From an uncultured Solirubrobacteraceae bacterium (lineage in GTDB: Bacteria > Actinomycetota > Thermoleophilia > Solirubrobacterales > Solirubrobacteraceae), in the NCBI GenBank assembly GCA_963849695.1, contig CAWKIT010000018.1, positions 3,535 to 67,534 on the forward strand: 64,000 bases of DNA. The letters are read 5' to 3'. Shown in pieces: positions 63,058-64,000 of the stretch. The notes beneath the pieces are model-generated. The model saw only the letters and a program-made list of their open reading frames with translations, was not told where the DNA came from and did no database searches. Every line of letters starts with the position of its first letter. Position 1 is the first letter of the stretch. A program made the position numbers and the translations under genes.

Positions 63058-64000
63058 ATGTCGCCGGAGCGCCCACGCTGGTACCGGCGGCGGCTCGTCA
63101 TCGTTCTCGGGGCTCTCGTGACGGTGCTCGTGTGCGCCGCCGCGGTCTTCGCACTCACCCGTCCGGGTGACGTGTTCGACCCTGATGTCGAGTTCCTCGC
63201 GGAGGAGACGCCGACCACCGTGCCGACCCCGCCGCCCGAGCCGCCGGCCACGAAGAAGCGCGTCAAGAAGAAGAAGCTGAGGCCGCTCGCCGGGTTCCGG
63301 TGGCCGGTGTACGGCTACTCGAACGACCGCCGGCGCTACCTGCCGGCGGAGTGGAAGGTGCGGCCGCCGTACAAGAAGCTCTGGGGCTACCAGTTCGGCG
63401 TGCTGCTCGAGTTCCCGCCGATCATCGTCGGCAACCGGATGTACACGATCGGCAACGCCGGCAAGGTGGTCTGCCTCGACCGCACGACCGGCAAGAAGGT
63501 GTGGTCGCGCGACGTCGGCTATCTGGCGGCCGCGTCGCCCGCCTACGGCCGCAGGCTCATCTTCGTCACGGTGCTCGAGCGCTCCAAGGGCGTCCGGGCC
63601 GGCCGCGTCGTCGCGCTGGGCGCGAAGCGCGGCAAGGTCAAGTGGGAGAAGGACCTGCCCAGCCGCAGCGAGTCCTCCCCGCTGTACATCGACAACACCG
63701 TCTACTTCGGGGCCGAGGACGGAACCCTGTACGCGATGCGCGCGGGCAGCGGTGCGACGGAATGGACGTTCCGGGCGAGCGGATCGATCAAGGGCGGCCC
63801 TGCGCTCGACGACGGCAAGCTCTACTTCGGGACCTACGGCGGGAACGTCTACGCCGTCAGCCAGAAGACCGGCAAGCAGGTCTGGCGGGCCGGCACCAGC
63901 GGCGCCACCTTCGGGCTCTCCGCCGGCAACTTCTACGCCACCCCGTCGGTCGCCTTCGGCCGCGTCTACATCGGCAACACCGACGGCAACATGTACTCGT
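63058..64000 (+). CDS. PQQ-like beta-propeller repeat protein, membrane-anchored (3' end outside window)
   Basis: It is not in the ORF track because there is no stop in the window. My translation from ATG 63058: MSPERPRWYRRRLVIVLGALVTVLVCAAAVFAL (TM), a KKRVKKKK patch, then repeats ...VVCLDRTTGKKVWSR..., ...VYFGAEDGTLYAMRAGSGATEWTF..., ...LYFGTYGGNVYAVSQKTGKQVWR..., ...VYIGNTDGNMYS. Confidence 0.8.
   Translation, partial: MSPERPRWYRRRLVIVLGALVTVLVCAAAVFALTRPGDVFDPDVEFLAEETPTTVPTPPPEPPATKKRVKKKKLRPLAGFRWPVYGYSNDRRRYLPAEWKVRPPYKKLWGYQFGVLLEFPPIIVGNRMYTIGNAGKVVCLDRTTGKKVWSRDVGYLAAASPAYGRRLIFVTVLERSKGVRAGRVVALGAKRGKVKWEKDLPSRSESSPLYIDNTVYFGAEDGTLYAMRAGSGATEWTFRASGSIKGGPALDDGKLYFGTYGGNVYAVSQKTGKQVWRAGTSGATFGLSAGNFYATPSVAFGRVYIGNTDGNMYS

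Overview
This is a 64-kb window of a very high-G+C chromosome. Gene content and synteny look like Actinomycetota: sepF-yggT-lspA-rluD, a DsbA+VKOR pair, a pgsA/FHA/MerR block and an RsiG-like protein. I support about 70 protein genes. I found no rRNA, tRNA or CRISPR array. Most very long ORFs in the track are GC-driven shadow ORFs; I picked real genes by family motifs, signal peptides, SD sequences and start/stop coupling.

Layout:
- 0-9 kb, accessory-looking: a SIMPL fragment, a free-standing LAGLIDADG/HEAR homing endonuclease, a MOSC protein, a large secreted PKD/beta-helix protein, a three-gene lysis-like cassette (2-TM acidic-tail protein, SLT-like lysozyme, PG-binding+M15 peptidase), a CWC mini-protein, a J-domain protein and a LuxR solo.
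- 9-23 kb, transport and metal homeostasis: a K+/H+ antiporter, SRAP, mntH, DsbA+VKOR, a FetM/EfeU-like permease with an EfeO-like lipoprotein, a TroA-type ABC transporter with two permeases, a Fur-family (Zur-like) regulator and a TAT-exported amidase. I propose three operator-like palindromes here.
- 23-38 kb, mixed metabolism: M48 protease, a degraded ScyD/ScyE-like gene, dinB, RlpA-like, WS/DGAT, nadE and an RskA-like anti-sigma protein.
- 38-64 kb, housekeeping: apt, MerR, FHA, RsiG-like, pgsA, proS, GH31, sodA, ispG, acyl-CoA ligase, rseP, dxr, cdsA, uppS, frr, pyrH, tsf, rpsB, rluD, lspA, yggT, proC, sepF, yggS, pgeF, a CCA/polyA-polymerase-family enzyme and a PQQ-propeller protein.

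Cross-cutting observation: at least 12 otherwise intact genes, including dxr and pgsA, are interrupted by single extra bases, always in the same direction. One further gene carries at least 8-9 such steps within 1.2 kb. Insertion-type consensus error is the most economical explanation, but it needs read-level confirmation.

Other items worth a second look: ribosomal protein S2 with a roughly 290-aa repeat-rich tail, a 187-bp palindromic intergenic element, and a single-motif RsiG-like candidate c-di-GMP-binding protein. All family names come from reading the translations; no searches were run.
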